A stretch of 63,502 bases of DNA, filler included, from 4 parts of 4 records of this genome joined end to end with filler, not necessarily neighbours in it, one strand, 5' to 3'. Shown: positions 38,633 to 50,277, numbered from the whole stretch's first letter. Notes: generated from the sequence alone by a model not told the origin. A program made the numbers and translations.

Positions 38633-40029
38633 TAATAATCCCCGCCGTAATCGCCGTGGGCCAGATCCTCGAACTTGGTGTACTTGCCGATGAAGGCCAG
38701 TCGCACAGTGCCAATGGGGCCGTTACGTTGCTTACCGATGATGATTTCGGCAATGCCCTTGTCGGAGGTGTCTTCGTTGTAGACCTCATCCCGATAGACA
38801 AACATGATGACGTCCGCGTCCTGCTCGATCGCACCGGATTCCCGCAGGTCCGAGTTGACCGGGCGCTTGTTCGGCCGCTGCTCCAGGCTCCGGTTCAGCT
38901 GCGAAAGCGCCACGACCGGGCAGCTGAGCTCCTTGGCGATCCCTTTCAGGGACCGGGAGATCTCGGAAATCTCGGCGGTCCGGCCCTCGGTGTTGCCGGG
39001 CACCCGCATCAACTGGAGGTAATCGACCATGATCAGGCCAAGCTTGCCTTCGTTCTCCCGGGCAATACGACGAGCCCGGGAACGCATTTCGGTTGGGCTC
39101 AGACCAGGCGTGTCGTCGATATAAAGCGGCTTGTCTTTCAGCAGACTCACCGCGGATGTCAGCCTGGGCCAGTCGTCCTCTTCAAGCTTACCGCTACGAA
39201 TCCGGCTCTGATCAATACGCCCTAGTGACGACAACATACGCATGACCAGCGCATCCGCCGGCATTTCCATACTGAACACCAGAATCGGCGCGCCGGTGCT
39301 TATCAAGGCGTTCTCGACGATATTCATGGCAAAGGTGGTTTTACCCATGGACGGTCGCCCCGCCACGATCAACAGATCCGAGGGCTGCATCCCCGACGTC
39401 CACTCGTCCAGGTCCTTGAAGCCCGTGGTCAGACCCGTTGTAGTCTCGCCGGACTCGAACAGCTCCTCAATGCGACTGAGGGCCTTGGTGAGAATCGGGT
39501 TGATGGCCTGGGGGCCAGAGCCTTCCTTGACCCGCGATTCGGCGATCTGGAAGACGTTACGCTCGGCTTCATCCAGGATCTCGTTGCTGTTCCGGCCCTG
39601 GGGGTTAAACGCCGAATCGGATATCTCGCCGGACACCTGCACCAGTTGTCGCAAAATAGAGCGCTCCCGCACAATCTCGGCATAGGCGCGGATATTGGCG
39701 GCACCGGGTGTCTTCTCGGCCAGCTCTGCCAGGTAGGAAAGCCCACCCGCGTCTTCGATATCACCGGCACGCTCCAGGAATTCGGTCAGCGTGACAACAT
39801 CAAGCGGTTCGCTTTCGCCCGCCAGTCGCTCGGCAGCACCAAAAATGAGGCGGTGATCCTGGCGATAAAAGTCGCCAGCGGAAATGATCTCCGAGATTTC
39901 ATCAAATCGGCGGTTGTCCAGCATCAGGCCACCAAGCACCGCCTGTTCGGCCTCCACGGAATGAGGTGGAACCTTGATTCGGCTGGTCTCAGGGTCGCTG
40001 TTTACCGGTTTGAAATTCGGGTTGGCCAT
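38632..40029 (-). CDS. dnaB: Replicative DNA helicase
   Basis: PPHSVEAEQ, AGRPSMGKT, VDYLQLM, SDLRESGAIEQDAD, KQRNGP. Confidence 0.98.
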   Translation of the reverse strand: MANPNFKPVNSDPETSRIKVPPHSVEAEQAVLGGLMLDNRRFDEISEIISAGDFYRQDHRLIFGAAERLAGESEPLDVVTLTEFLERAGDIEDAGGLSYLAELAEKTPGAANIRAYAEIVRERSILRQLVQVSGEISDSAFNPQGRNSNEILDEAERNVFQIAESRVKEGSGPQAINPILTKALSRIEELFESGETTTGLTTGFKDLDEWTSGMQPSDLLIVAGRPSMGKTTFAMNIVENALISTGAPILVFSMEMPADALVMRMLSSLGRIDQSRIRSGKLEEDDWPRLTSAVSLLKDKPLYIDDTPGLSPTEMRSRARRIARENEGKLGLIMVDYLQLMRVPGNTEGRTAEISEISRSLKGIAKELSCPVVALSQLNRSLEQRPNKRPVNSDLRESGAIEQDADVIMFVYRDEVYNEDTSDKGIAEIIIGKQRNGPIGTVRLAFIGKYTKFEDLAHGDYGGDY

Positions 40030-40129
40030 GGAAACGTCTTCGTCTGGGCATCACATCCGTGACAGTTTACGGGGATTGTCGATGCGATGGGAGAGCTACG
40101 GAAAACACAAATCATACACCAGAAAGCAA

Positions 40130-40165
40130 CAGGCCCGGAATCCACCTGAGTGGATTCCGGGCCTG
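40130..40165 (-). terminator. Strong hairpin downstream of rplI
   Basis: CAGGCCCGGAATCCAC/GTGGATTCCGGGCCTG. Confidence 0.65.
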
Positions 40166-40212
40166 TATGGCTGCACCGGGTAGTAACCCGATGTTCAGAC
40201 TAAACCGTCAAT

Positions 40213-40659
40213 TTACTCGGCCACAACAGCCAGGTTAATGTGAACGGTTACGTCAGAGTGCAGCTGAAGCTCGATTTCGTACTCGCCAACCACGCGGAGC
40301 GGGCCTTCGGGCAGACGAACTTCACTTTTCTCAACGTCGGTACCGGTGGCGGTAATCGCATCTGCGATGTCACGCACACCGATGGAGCCGAACAGCTTGC
40401 CTTCTTCACCAGCCTTGGAGGTAATGGTGACTGAGGCGCCTTCCAGAGCTTCGCCACGAGCCTGGGCCGCAGCCAGCTTCTCAGCTGCCGCTTTCTCCAG
40501 CTCTGCACGGCGCTCTTCGAACGCTTTCAGGTTGTCAGCGGTTGCCGCAACAGCTTTGCCATAAGGCAGAAGAAAATTACGACCGTAACCGGCCTTTACC
40601 TTGACCTTGTCACCCAGTGAACCAAGGTTTGCTACTTTTTCGAGCAGAATAACATCCAT
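40213..40659 (-). CDS. rplI: 50S ribosomal protein L9
   Basis: [31 protein letters not shown]. Confidence 0.98.
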   Translation of the reverse strand: MDVILLEKVANLGSLGDKVKVKAGYGRNFLLPYGKAVAATADNLKAFEERRAELEKAAAEKLAAAQARGEALEGASVTITSKAGEEGKLFGSIGVRDIADAITATGTDVEKSEVRLPEGPLRVVGEYEIELQLHSDVTVHINLAVVAE

Positions 40660-40679
40660 CTCGTTAACCTCTTCGTGCT

Positions 40680-41546
40680 TTATTCAGCCGGGCCGGAGGG
40701 CTTCATTCGCCTCCGGATGTCCAGCCAGCTATCCACAAAAGCCAGAACTACCAACAGAATCATCAGGCTTGGACCAAGCAGTACCAGTGCCAGGTAGAAC
40801 AGCACCAACCACTGACCACTCAGGTTTTTACGACCGACAACACCATGAACCAGGGCCAGGCCCGCAACAAACAGCGGCAAACCTCCAACCCAGCCCAGCA
40901 GCATGGAATTCAACCCGAGAACGGGCCCTGCCACCATGGTAATCACACAGATAACCGCGATTGCCGGTGACAGCCGGAGCGAGTGAAACTCGGTCCGGAA
41001 TCCGCCGGGGTTGTACAACCCGGCCTGCCAGGATCTTGCCAGCATGGTCATGCACACCCCGATTACCAGGTAGGTGCCCGCCATGCTCGCATTCATGGTT
41101 TGCCGAATGACTGTTTCCAGCTCACTGCCAAGACTACTGGCAATTTCGGCGTTGTACTCTTCGTAAAATCTCACCCCGGCCTGCACCAGATCGTTCAACA
41201 GATCCGGGTACACCAAGGGCAACATCAAGCCTGTCACAATCCCCAGGAAACTGCCTGCGAGCAGCGCTTTCTCCCACGACAGGGTTATTCTCAGGATGGA
41301 CGCCATCAACATTGCCTGAAGCAACACCACCAGGGCCGTCGGGTCCTGCCCGAACCAGCTCCAGCCGAGTGCCGGAAGCAATGCCCAGAGGCCGATACTA
41401 AGCCCCTGGCTGATACCCAGTCTGAGAATGACCAGGCCAATAACCGCCGCACCTATCCAGAACAACAAGGGTATTGCAGTGGTAACTGCTGCCACCCCGC
41501 CTGCCTGCAGAGGACCGCGCATTACAAACTGTGCCAGTGCACGCAT
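40680..41546 (-). CDS. Conserved membrane protein (YybS/DUF2232-like) between rpsR and rplI
   Basis: Multi-[16 protein letters not shown]; position typical of Pseudomonas/Marinobacter-type operons. Confidence 0.8.
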   Translation of the reverse strand: MRALAQFVMRGPLQAGGVAAVTTAIPLLFWIGAAVIGLVILRLGISQGLSIGLWALLPALGWSWFGQDPTALVVLLQAMLMASILRITLSWEKALLAGSFLGIVTGLMLPLVYPDLLNDLVQAGVRFYEEYNAEIASSLGSELETVIRQTMNASMAGTYLVIGVCMTMLARSWQAGLYNPGGFRTEFHSLRLSPAIAVICVITMVAGPVLGLNSMLLGWVGGLPLFVAGLALVHGVVGRKNLSGQWLVLFYLALVLLGPSLMILLVVLAFVDSWLDIRRRMKPSGPAE

Positions 41547-41573
41547 GGTCCCGGGTCCTGTTTATTCTGTTAC

Positions 41574-41804
41574 TTAGTTGTCGTGGCTGTCCGAATACGG
41601 CAGCAGTGCCAGGTAGCGGGCACGCTTGATAGCGGTAGCCAGCTGACGCTGATAGCGTGCCTTGGTGCCGGTAATACGGCTGGGCACGATCTTGCCGGTT
41701 TCAGTGATGTAACCTTTCAGGGTGTCCAGATCCTTGTAATCGATCTCTTTAACACCTTCTGCCGTGAAGCGGCAGAATTTACGACGTCTGAAAAAACGAG
41801 CCAT
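41574..41804 (-). CDS. rpsR: 30S ribosomal protein S18
   Basis: [31 protein letters not shown]. Confidence 0.98.
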   Translation of the reverse strand: MARFFRRRKFCRFTAEGVKEIDYKDLDTLKGYITETGKIVPSRITGTKARYQRQLATAIKRARYLALLPYSDSHDN

Positions 41805-41833
41805 AACTTAACTCCTCAACTCCGGTGATGGTT

Positions 41834-42250
41834 TTACTCTTCTTCGTCCTGGGTTTCAGCCTGCTGACGTGGCTCGTCAGATTCAGCTGAACGACGCGGA
41901 CGATCATCGCCGCCACGACGGTCTTCACGGGACTCGGAAGCTTTCATCGGGGACAGTTCGATGTCGGCACCATCGCGGCGCAGGATCATGTCGCGGATGA
42001 TGGCATCATTGAAACGGAAGTTGTGAGTCAGCTCGTCCATCGCTGCCTGTGAACATTCAATGTTCATCAGAACGTAGTGAGCCTTGTGAATCTTGTTGAT
42101 CGGGTAAGCCAGGTGACGACGGCCCCAATCTTCCAGGCGATGTACCTTGCCGCCATCTTCATTGATGACGCCGGTATAGCGCTCGATCATCGCGGGCACC
42201 TGCTCGCTCTGATCCGGGTGTACCATAAATACGATTTCGTAGTGACGCAT
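41834..42250 (-). CDS. rpsF: 30S ribosomal protein S6
   Basis: [30 protein letters not shown]. Confidence 0.98.
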   Translation of the reverse strand: MRHYEIVFMVHPDQSEQVPAMIERYTGVINEDGGKVHRLEDWGRRHLAYPINKIHKAHYVLMNIECSQAAMDELTHNFRFNDAIIRDMILRRDGADIELSPMKASESREDRRGGDDRPRRSAESDEPRQQAETQDEEE

Positions 42251-42330
42251 GAGTTCTCCCTACGGTTTAAACAGCCTCCAGCACAGGCACCGGTTTCAAC
42301 AAACAGGGCAAATGCAGAAAGCAAGGAGGT
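42251..42330 (-). promoter_or_regulatory. rpsF leader (S6:S18-binding autoregulatory RNA)
   Basis: Minus strand CTCCTTGC...GGAGGCTG...CCGTAGGGAG..ATG, matching the gammaproteobacterial rpsF leader pattern with CCG next to the SD. Confidence 0.65.
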
Positions 42331-42482
42331 GGCAGGCAAAGCTGCCGGCTTCTTTTTGCTTTTATCAACAAGACATTACGTATAAAGCCTGCTCAAAAAG
42401 CCGATATTGATCACCAGGATTTCAGGCAATACAACACCGCCCCCTGAAAAGGGGGTCACGTATTCTAGGCGTGTGGCTGATA

Positions 42483-43220
42483 CTATGCAAGCCGTTGACG
42501 CAAGGCTTCGTAAAGGCAGGCACCGGTAGCCACCGACACATTGAGACTGTCCACGTGGCCAAGCATGGGGATATTGATCAACAGATCACAGTGTTCCCGG
42601 GTCAGGCGCCGCATACCCTTGCCCTCGGCACCCATTACCAGAGCGACTGGGCCGGTAAAATCTGCTTGATACAGGGTATTGTCCGCCTCGCCGGCGGTGC
42701 CAATGAGCCAGACGCCATCATCCCTGATCGTACGCATAAACCGCGCAAGATTGGTGACACGTACCAGAGGCACGGTTTCAGCCGCGCCACAGGCCACTTT
42801 CCTGACGGTCGGCGACAACGACGCAGACTTATCCTTGGGCACGACCACAGCCTGGACACCCACGGCATCAGCGGTTCGCAGGCAGGCGCCCAGGTTATGG
42901 GGATCGGTAACCCCATCCAGGATCAACAGAAACGGCGGCTTGTCAGACCCTGACAGCATGGCCAGGAGATCGTCCTCACTCCATTCACGGCTTTCGGAAA
43001 CCGCGGCCACAACACCCTGATGCACGCCGGCTACGCGCTGATCCAGTTCCTTGCGATGAACCACCTGCCAACGGACTCCAAGCTCATTCAGAGTTTCCGT
43101 TACCGTTTTGACACGGCGATCTTCGCGGCCAGTCTGGATCCACACCTGCTGCAAACGTTCCGGCTCACGTTTGAGAACGGCCTCAACCGCATGCCAGCCA
43201 AAAATGTACTCTTCAGACAC
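42483..43220 (-). CDS. rlmB: 23S rRNA (Gm2251) methyltransferase
   Basis: [36 protein letters not shown]. Confidence 0.97.
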   Translation of the reverse strand: MSEEYIFGWHAVEAVLKREPERLQQVWIQTGREDRRVKTVTETLNELGVRWQVVHRKELDQRVAGVHQGVVAAVSESREWSEDDLLAMLSGSDKPPFLLILDGVTDPHNLGACLRTADAVGVQAVVVPKDKSASLSPTVRKVACGAAETVPLVRVTNLARFMRTIRDDGVWLIGTAGEADNTLYQADFTGPVALVMGAEGKGMRRLTREHCDLLINIPMLGHVDSLNVSVATGACLYEALRQRLA

Positions 43221-43223
43221 GGC

Positions 43224-45836
43224 CTATTTTCCTGACTTGCGGGGCTTTCGTTTCTTGTCAGCGCCGGCGGTTTTAGCCGGTGCCTTCTTGCTCTTGCCCT
43301 TACCCAGTGCAAGCTTGGCCGCTTCCGCCACCAGCTTGTCACGGGCCGACATTTCGCCATCATCATCGAACGTTGGCGTGACCGCGTCGGACGCCCCCGA
43401 TTTGCCAGAGGGCCTTGAACCAGTCGCTTTCCTGCGGCGAGGTTTGGCGGCCGCATCACCAGCCGTGTCCCGGTCAGCCCTTGGAGCACGGCCAGCAGTG
43501 GATTTGCCACCCTTACCTCGCCCCTTACCTTTGCCCTTGCCCTTATCCCGCGGCTCTCGCTTGGTGACCTCCAGTGCATCCCGGTCGGCTTGGCGATGCT
43601 GTGGCTCGCTTACCAGTTCCAGGTCCACCTTGCGGTCTTCCATGCCCACACGCATCACCTTCACGCGGACCTCATCGCCCAACCGGAAGCTCATAGCGGT
43701 ACGCTCGCCGATCAGGCGATGTTTGACAGCATCGTGATGGAAGTAGTCACCACTGAGGGTAGACACATGCACCAGGCCCTCAATGTAAACCCCGGAAAGT
43801 TCCACAAAGAAACCGAAAGGCACAACGGCTGCAATCACGCCGTCGTACTCCTCGCCCACGTGATCCTTGAGGTATTCGCATTTGAGCCAGGCCATGACGT
43901 CCCGCGTTGCGTCGTCGGCGCGGCGCTCCGTCATCGAGCAGTGCTCACCCAGTTGATGCATTCTGGGAAGGTCATAAGGGTAATCCGCCAGTTCCGGGTC
44001 ACGCTTGGGCGGCACCGATACGTCTTTGCTACCGTCCTCGCCGTGAATCACGGACTTGATACCGCGATGCACGATCAGATCCGGATAACGGCGAATCGGC
44101 GAGGTGAAGTGGGCATAACTGGCAAACCCCAGACCGAAATGGCCACCCTCATCCGGGCTGTAGACGGCTTGGCTGAGAGAGCGCAGCATCACCGTCTGAA
44201 TGACATTCGCGTCGGAACGGTCTGCAATACTGGACAACAGCGCCTGATAATCAGCGGAGGTTGGCTTGTCTCCACCCCCCAGTTGCAGCCCCAGCTCGCC
44301 CAGGAAAAGCCGCACCGCATTGAGACGCTCCTCGGATGGGCCATCGTGCACCCGGTACAGTGATGGCACCTTGTGCTTCTTGAGGAATCGCGCCGTCGCC
44401 ACATTGGCGGCGAGCATACATTCCTCGACGATCTTGTGGGCGTCGTTGCGCTTGACCGGAACGATTTCCTCGATTTTGCGACTGGCGTCGAATATGACCC
44501 GGGTTTCCGTGGTTTCAAAATCGATGGCACCACGCTCAGTCCGGGCTTTGCGCAGCAATTTGTAGAGGTTGTAGAGGTTGTGCAGGTGCGGCAGCACATG
44601 CGCGTACTGCTCCGACAGCCTGTAACCCGGCTCGGAATCCGGCCGCTCAAGCATGTCACTGACCTTGTTGTAGGTCAGTCGCGCGTGGCTGTGCATCACC
44701 GCCTGATAGAAGGTATAGCCACTGACGCTGCCGTTGGCACTGATGGTCATGTCCGCCACCATGCACAGCCGATCCACACCCGGGTTCAGTGAACACAGGC
44801 CGTTGGACAGCTTTTCCGGCAGCATCGGCACCACGTGATCCGGAAAGTAGACGGAGTTGCCACGGTTAATCGCTTCTTCATCCAACGGTGAGCCGGGACG
44901 CACGTAATGGGACACATCTGCGATCGCTACCAGCAGACGGTAGCCACCACGCGGGCGCGGCTCACAATAGATCGCGTCGTCAAAGTCCCGGGCGGTTTCG
45001 TCGTCGATGGTCACCAGGCGCAGGTTGCGGATATCCACCCGATTCTGCTTGTCCTTTTCGGTCACCTCATCGGCAATACCGGCAATCTGCTCACCGACGG
45101 CCGGCGGCCAACTGTGAGGGATATCGTAGGAACGGATGGCCACATCGATTTCCATACCCGGTGCCATGTGCTCGCCAAGTACTTCCACCACCTTGCCCGT
45201 TGGCTGGGTACGCACCGTAGGCTGGCGCAGGATGTCGACCACGACGTATTGGCCGTGCCGTGCATCATTAATGTGCTCTGCCGGAATCAATACTTCGTGG
45301 TTGATGCGAGCGTTCTCCGGAACCACAAAGGAGATGCCGCTTTCCTGAAACAGACGACCAACGGTTTGATGGGTACGATACTCCAGCACCTCTACAATCA
45401 CCCCTTCGCGACGACCACGATCGTCCACCCGGTCCACCCGGGCGGCAACGCGGTCACCGTGGAAAACCTGGCGCATCTGGCGGGCTGTCAGGAACAGATC
45501 CGACCCCCCATCATCCGGGATCAGAAAACCGAACCCGTCTTTGTGCCCCGTGACACGGCCTGTAACAAGATCCGCTTCTTCAATGGGCAGATAGGCTCCC
45601 CGGCGATTACAGATCAGTTGTCCGTCCCGGCACATGGCAATCAGCCGGCGCCGAAGGGCTTCGATGCCCTCCTCGGACTGCTGCCCCAACTCGCTACACA
45701 GAGTCTCGTGAGTGGCCGGCGCTCCCCGCTCCTTCAGATGGTCGAGAATGAACTCCCGACTCTGAATCGGGTTGTCGTATTTGCTGGCTTCACGCTGCGC
45801 GTGTGGGTCTTTGTCGGTCTTCTTTCTGGAAACCAT
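43224..45836 (-). CDS. rnr: Ribonuclease R
   Basis: GHKDGFGF, TIDDETARDFDDA, HFTSPIRRYPDL, S1 domain and basic tail. Confidence 0.97.
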   Translation of the reverse strand: MVSRKKTDKDPHAQREASKYDNPIQSREFILDHLKERGAPATHETLCSELGQQSEEGIEALRRRLIAMCRDGQLICNRRGAYLPIEEADLVTGRVTGHKDGFGFLIPDDGGSDLFLTARQMRQVFHGDRVAARVDRVDDRGRREGVIVEVLEYRTHQTVGRLFQESGISFVVPENARINHEVLIPAEHINDARHGQYVVVDILRQPTVRTQPTGKVVEVLGEHMAPGMEIDVAIRSYDIPHSWPPAVGEQIAGIADEVTEKDKQNRVDIRNLRLVTIDDETARDFDDAIYCEPRPRGGYRLLVAIADVSHYVRPGSPLDEEAINRGNSVYFPDHVVPMLPEKLSNGLCSLNPGVDRLCMVADMTISANGSVSGYTFYQAVMHSHARLTYNKVSDMLERPDSEPGYRLSEQYAHVLPHLHNLYNLYKLLRKARTERGAIDFETTETRVIFDASRKIEEIVPVKRNDAHKIVEECMLAANVATARFLKKHKVPSLYRVHDGPSEERLNAVRLFLGELGLQLGGGDKPTSADYQALLSSIADRSDANVIQTVMLRSLSQAVYSPDEGGHFGLGFASYAHFTSPIRRYPDLIVHRGIKSVIHGEDGSKDVSVPPKRDPELADYPYDLPRMHQLGEHCSMTERRADDATRDVMAWLKCEYLKDHVGEEYDGVIAAVVPFGFFVELSGVYIEGLVHVSTLSGDYFHHDAVKHRLIGERTAMSFRLGDEVRVKVMRVGMEDRKVDLELVSEPQHRQADRDALEVTKREPRDKGKGKGKGRGKGGKSTAGRAPRADRDTAGDAAAKPRRRKATGSRPSGKSGASDAVTPTFDDDGEMSARDKLVAEAAKLALGKGKSKKAPAKTAGADKKRKPRKSGK

Positions 45837-45977
45837 TCGTATCCTTAGTCTGACTTCCCTGCTGGAAATCAATCGTTATATTGCGTTTGCCAAGGAGTAT
45901 AACGCCGCCAGCACCCGCCTGCCTAACCGACCGCCTAAAATAGACGTAAAAACCGGCCCCGGCGGGACAAAAAATAT

Positions 45978-46006
45978 TTGACAGGCTTTTTCCGAATGAT
46001 TAAAGT
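45978..46006 (+). promoter_or_regulatory. Sigma70 promoter for tRNA-Leu
   Basis: TTGACA-17 nt-TAAAGT, followed by a GC-rich discriminator (ACGCGCC), with an upstream A-tract. Confidence 0.8.
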
Positions 46007-46109
46007 ACGCGCCATCGGTTGACGGCAATGCCCGCAGCTGCGGCAGAAAGCCCGGAAATTCAACGAAGTAAAACGTTTGAATGCCCACCGGGAAGACTGC
46101 AAATCACCT

Positions 46110-46196
46110 GCCGAGGTGGTGAAATTGGTAGACACGCTAGCTTCAGGTGCTAGTGGGGGCAACCCCGTGGAGGTTCAAGTCCTCTCCTCGGCACCA
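46110..46196 (+). tRNA. tRNA-Leu(CAG)
   Basis: GCCGAGG/CCTCGGC acceptor stem, CTAGC-TTCAGGT-GCTAG anticodon arm, variable arm, GGTTCAAGTCC, CCA. Confidence 0.96.
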
Positions 46197-46316
46197 CTTC
46201 CTCCCTCAGGAAGTGTTAAGAATCCAACACCTTTATAAGCACATGTCGCAACAGATCTGCGCTCGAAAACGCATGACTCTCCGCACGTTCGCGAAGAGCC
46301 TGACCGCAGCCCTGGC

Positions 46317-48170
46317 TTACTCCACCAGCCCCGACAAATACTCCGAGAGCCGTTGATAGGTGTAATTCACCCGGGCATAGGCCGCAGAAGGCGCTCTTTC
46401 GAACTCCCGCCCACAGGCCCGGCTGCCGCCATGACGATTCAGGTAGGCGATGTTGATCAGGCTGGGCTGGTCTGCCACGAACTCGCTGGAATTGTCGAAC
46501 GGGTAGTAGAACGCCCAGTCAAACCCTTCTGTATTGCTGACCCCAGGCGTGGAACTCATTTCTTCATCCAGGAAGCCAAACCGTAGCGGCCGGAAACGGT
46601 CATTGCGAGTATCGAACTCCAGCGCCGGCGAGGTGAACTCGTCCGGTAGCGTGATACTGCCGGTGACCGTGAAAGGCTGCTGGGCAGACACCACCTGCGC
46701 CGCATCAACGTCCTCCGGATCAATATCCCCTTCGCAGGATTGGACACTACTCGTGAGCGCCACAATCTCCTCGTTCACGCCATCGACGGAACGCGTGAAA
46801 CCGAAAAAGGCATCGTTGGCGAACTGATAGTCGGGGCGCAAAATTTCCGTCTTGCTATCGGAAGTTGCTGTCAGGGACTCGACCCGGGCATCCGCCATGG
46901 TCCACTCGTAACGGATCGCCGGCGGGCCACCCAATGCCGAGGACGACGCCAGTCCAGGATGGCAGGTGGTGGTGGTTTCGAACGTCGCGGTACGGTCCTG
47001 CCAGTTGAATGTCAGCCGCTCATCGGCCCCTTCAACCTCATGGTAGCTGGCACTCTCCTGGGACAATGATATCGAAGGCATCCATTGCACATCGGTATCG
47101 GCGATTTTGCCACGGGCATTGATCAAGCGGGCCATCTCTCTCATTGACGGCATCATGCACCCGTTCGCCGTCACGGCCGTTAACCGGCCATCTTCCGAGT
47201 AGTCGAACTCCAGTTCAGCGGACACGCTGAGGTTGGACATTGTGGCCGGCAACTCGCTCCCCTCCCCCCTGGCGAGAACTGTCTGGCGCTCAAGGATAAC
47301 CGGATCGTCCAGCTCAACCGGCACTTCCGGCAATTCCAGCTCATCAATGTTGATGTTCTCGTAATTGCCTTGGGAAGCGGCGGCATCAACCACCTGAACC
47401 ACCTCCAGGGCATTGCGGGCAAAGGATATACCGAGAAGATAAACCGCCTCTTCACTCAGGTAGCGTTCACGTCCGTCACCATTGCGCAGGAGATTGGCGT
47501 ACTCCGGCGGGAACTGGCTGGCCATGAAGCGGGCGAAGGCGCGGGCGTATGCGTGGGCACGGTGATCACCGGACCGGATATAGTTACTGACCAGGTTCAC
47601 GTTGCCGAGAGCATCAGACAGATCGGTACTGATGACCGAAAGATCCTGCAACCCAATCAGGCGGCGCTGCCGCACCAGGTGGCTCAATGGCGTGACATTG
47701 CGCACGCCAGGGGGCGCACTAAGCAGGTAGGCGTCTTCCAGCACCACTTCCCCGATGCGGGTCTGCTCCATGGTCTGGCCAGGCAGCACCACGGCAAACA
47801 GCGGAAAGTCCCTGGGATCGATATCCGGGGATATGGACGGGTCCTGCACCAGTTCCGCAGTATCCAGCGAGAAGACGCCACCTTCTCCCGTTAACGCGGT
47901 AGGCTCTCCGTTCCGCAGGGTTATTTCCGTGCCGGCGCTGTTTTCAAAGGTCATCGGGCCCGGTGTGTATTGGCTGTCACCGTCCATGTCCAGCCACACC
48001 CTGGCATTGCGCAGGTAGCCGTCAATCACCCGGCCTGTATAGGGCTCGGGCTCGCTGTAATCCTCGGCGTCAAAGTCACGACCATCGACCGGTGACTTGT
48101 CGGATTCCTCGCCGCAACCGGCAAGGGCCAGCGTGAACAGGGCAACTGTAAAGGAGAGCAGACGTTTCAT
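46317..48170 (-). CDS. Large acidic lipoprotein of unknown function
   Basis: MKRLLSFTVALFTLALAGC lipobox; VIDGYLRNARVWLDMDGD and NVTPLS motifs of surface lipoproteins. Confidence 0.8.
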   Translation of the reverse strand: MKRLLSFTVALFTLALAGCGEESDKSPVDGRDFDAEDYSEPEPYTGRVIDGYLRNARVWLDMDGDSQYTPGPMTFENSAGTEITLRNGEPTALTGEGGVFSLDTAELVQDPSISPDIDPRDFPLFAVVLPGQTMEQTRIGEVVLEDAYLLSAPPGVRNVTPLSHLVRQRRLIGLQDLSVISTDLSDALGNVNLVSNYIRSGDHRAHAYARAFARFMASQFPPEYANLLRNGDGRERYLSEEAVYLLGISFARNALEVVQVVDAAASQGNYENINIDELELPEVPVELDDPVILERQTVLARGEGSELPATMSNLSVSAELEFDYSEDGRLTAVTANGCMMPSMREMARLINARGKIADTDVQWMPSISLSQESASYHEVEGADERLTFNWQDRTATFETTTTCHPGLASSSALGGPPAIRYEWTMADARVESLTATSDSKTEILRPDYQFANDAFFGFTRSVDGVNEEIVALTSSVQSCEGDIDPEDVDAAQVVSAQQPFTVTGSITLPDEFTSPALEFDTRNDRFRPLRFGFLDEEMSSTPGVSNTEGFDWAFYYPFDNSSEFVADQPSLINIAYLNRHGGSRACGREFERAPSAAYARVNYTYQRLSEYLSGLVE

Positions 48171-48323
48171 CGCGGCAACCATTGTCCTTGTTAGAGGTTG
48201 TGCCGCTACTGTAGGGGATGTTGCCGGGGGGAACCTTGATAGGTTTGGCAATTTGTAAACTTAGGTAACGAAAACGCGCCGCGGGAGCTGTCCCTGCGGC
48301 GCGCTAACGGGCACAAGCGCCTA

Positions 48324-49469
48324 CTAGAACGAGCGCGCAACAATCTCTTTCATGATCTCATTGGTGCCGGCGTAGATACGCTGTACCCGCGAGTCCGCCC
48401 AGGCGCGGGCGATGGGATACTCCCACATGTAGCCGTAGCCGCCGTAAAGCTGCACGCACTCGTCCATGACTTTGCACTGCAGGTCGGTGGTATGCTGTTT
48501 CAGCATGGCTGCCGTTGGAATATCCAGCTTCTTTTCCAGGTGCAGTTCCAGGCAACGGTCACAGAAGACGCGGGCAGCGGTAATTTCCGCCTTCATCTCC
48601 GCCATTTTGAAGCGGGTATTCTGGAACGCTATCACCGGTTTGCCGAACGCCTTGCGCTCCTTCACGTAATCCAGCGTCCACTCCCACGCGGCTTCCGCAG
48701 CAGCGACGGCGGTCAGGCCCACCTGCAGGCGCTCCGCCGGCAACTCCGCCATCAGTTGGAAGAAGCCCTGGCCTTCCATTGATCCCAAAAGCTTATCCGC
48801 AGGCACCTGAACGTCCTGGAAGAACAGCTCGGAGGTGTCCTGCGCTTTCATCCCCACCTTATTCAGGTTCTGCCCTTTCTCGAACCCTTCCCAGGCGGTT
48901 TCCACCAACAACAGGCTGGTGCCCTTGGCGCCTTCTTTCGGATCGGTTTTGGCCACCACGATCACCAGGTCCGCCAGCTGGCCGTTGGTAATAAAGGTCT
49001 TGGAGCCATTGAGTACGTAATGGTCGCCAGAAGCGTTTTTCACCGCCGTGGTTTTCACCCCCTGCAAGTCGGAACCTGCGCCCGGCTCGGTCATGGCGAT
49101 GGCACCGATCATTTCGCCGGTTGCCAGTTTCGGCAGGTAATACTGTTTCTGTTCTTCGGAGCCGTAATTGAGGATATAGGGGGCAACGATGTCGGAATGC
49201 AATGTCCAGCCGATGCCGGACAGGCCCGCCCTGGACACCTCCTCCATGATGACAGCGCTGTAGCGGAAGTCCGCGCCTACGCCGCCGTATTCTTCCGGCA
49301 TGGTCGGGCAGAGGAAACCAAGTTCGCCGGCCTTCTTCCAGAGCTCCCGGCTGACCTGGCCATCTTTCTCCCACTGTTCATGGTAGGGCGCCGCTTCCTG
49401 TTGCAGAAACTTGCGGACGGAATCCCGGAAGCCGTCAAGGTCGGCGTCAAAGACTGTGCGTGGAATCAT
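48324..49469 (-). CDS. Acyl-CoA dehydrogenase (long-chain type)
   Basis: AMTEPGAGSD, NGSKTFITNG, QLYGGYGYM, IYAGTNEIMK. Confidence 0.95.
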   Translation of the reverse strand: MIPRTVFDADLDGFRDSVRKFLQQEAAPYHEQWEKDGQVSRELWKKAGELGFLCPTMPEEYGGVGADFRYSAVIMEEVSRAGLSGIGWTLHSDIVAPYILNYGSEEQKQYYLPKLATGEMIGAIAMTEPGAGSDLQGVKTTAVKNASGDHYVLNGSKTFITNGQLADLVIVVAKTDPKEGAKGTSLLLVETAWEGFEKGQNLNKVGMKAQDTSELFFQDVQVPADKLLGSMEGQGFFQLMAELPAERLQVGLTAVAAAEAAWEWTLDYVKERKAFGKPVIAFQNTRFKMAEMKAEITAARVFCDRCLELHLEKKLDIPTAAMLKQHTTDLQCKVMDECVQLYGGYGYMWEYPIARAWADSRVQRIYAGTNEIMKEIVARSF

Positions 49470-49587
49470 GGTGTACCTCGGTGAATGACTGTGTTGTGGT
49501 TGTCGTTCACCAAGTCTCGGGGGCGCGGCGTTTTCGCTCAATGATGAAAAGCATCAATCGGGCTGACCAAAACCATCGCCCATCGGT

Positions 49588-50235
49588 TCAGTCGGGCTGT
49601 TTCGCCTTCGCCCTCTCCTCGCCCCAGCGCGGCATCAGATCCTGGGGCAGGCCCAGGTGATCCAGAAGTCGGGCAACGATGAAATCCACCAGGTCACTCA
49701 CGGAATTCGGCCTATGATAGAACCCCGGACTGGCCGGCATGATGACCGCCCCCATGCGGGTCAGGCGCAGCATGTTTTCCAGGTGCACTTCCGAAAAGGG
49801 CGCTTCCCGGGGCACCAGGATCAATTGCCGCCGCTCTTTAAGGGCGACATCTCCGGCGCGCTCGATCAGGTTGTTACTGGCGCCGGTGGCCAGGGCAGAC
49901 AGGGTGCCGGTACTGCAGGGACAAATCACCAACGGGGCTTTTTCACCCGAACCAGAAGCCGGCGGGGCGAACCAGTCTTCACGGCCGAACACCAGCACCT
50001 GCCCCGGACGGGCGCTGGCATAGCTGGCAAGCGCTTCCTGCATGGCGGCGGTGTTGCCCGGTAATTTCAGATCGGTTTCCGTGGCGATCACTACCTGTGC
50101 CGCCTTGCTGACCATCACATGCACCCGGCAGTTCGCCGCCACCAGGCACTGCAACAAACGCAAGCCGTACTGGGCGCCAGAGGCACCGGTAAAGGCCAGA
50201 TTGATCACCCGCTGTTTTTCGGACGCTGCCGTCAT
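49588..50235 (-). CDS. ubiX: Flavin prenyltransferase
   Basis: [35 protein letters not shown]. Confidence 0.96.
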   Translation of the reverse strand: MTAASEKQRVINLAFTGASGAQYGLRLLQCLVAANCRVHVMVSKAAQVVIATETDLKLPGNTAAMQEALASYASARPGQVLVFGREDWFAPPASGSGEKAPLVICPCSTGTLSALATGASNNLIERAGDVALKERRQLILVPREAPFSEVHLENMLRLTRMGAVIMPASPGFYHRPNSVSDLVDFIVARLLDHLGLPQDLMPRWGEERAKAKQPD

Positions 50236-50277
50236 AACTGAAGTTTCCTGATTGGATAGCGGAGGCAGGATGCCCCG

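Noticed and set aside
41574-42250. No priB between rpsF and rpsR
   Set aside because: Normal for Pseudomonas/Marinobacter-type genomes.
46110-46320. Genomic island at tRNA-Leu
   Set aside because: No integrase, no duplicated tRNA 3' end and no compositional shift seen.
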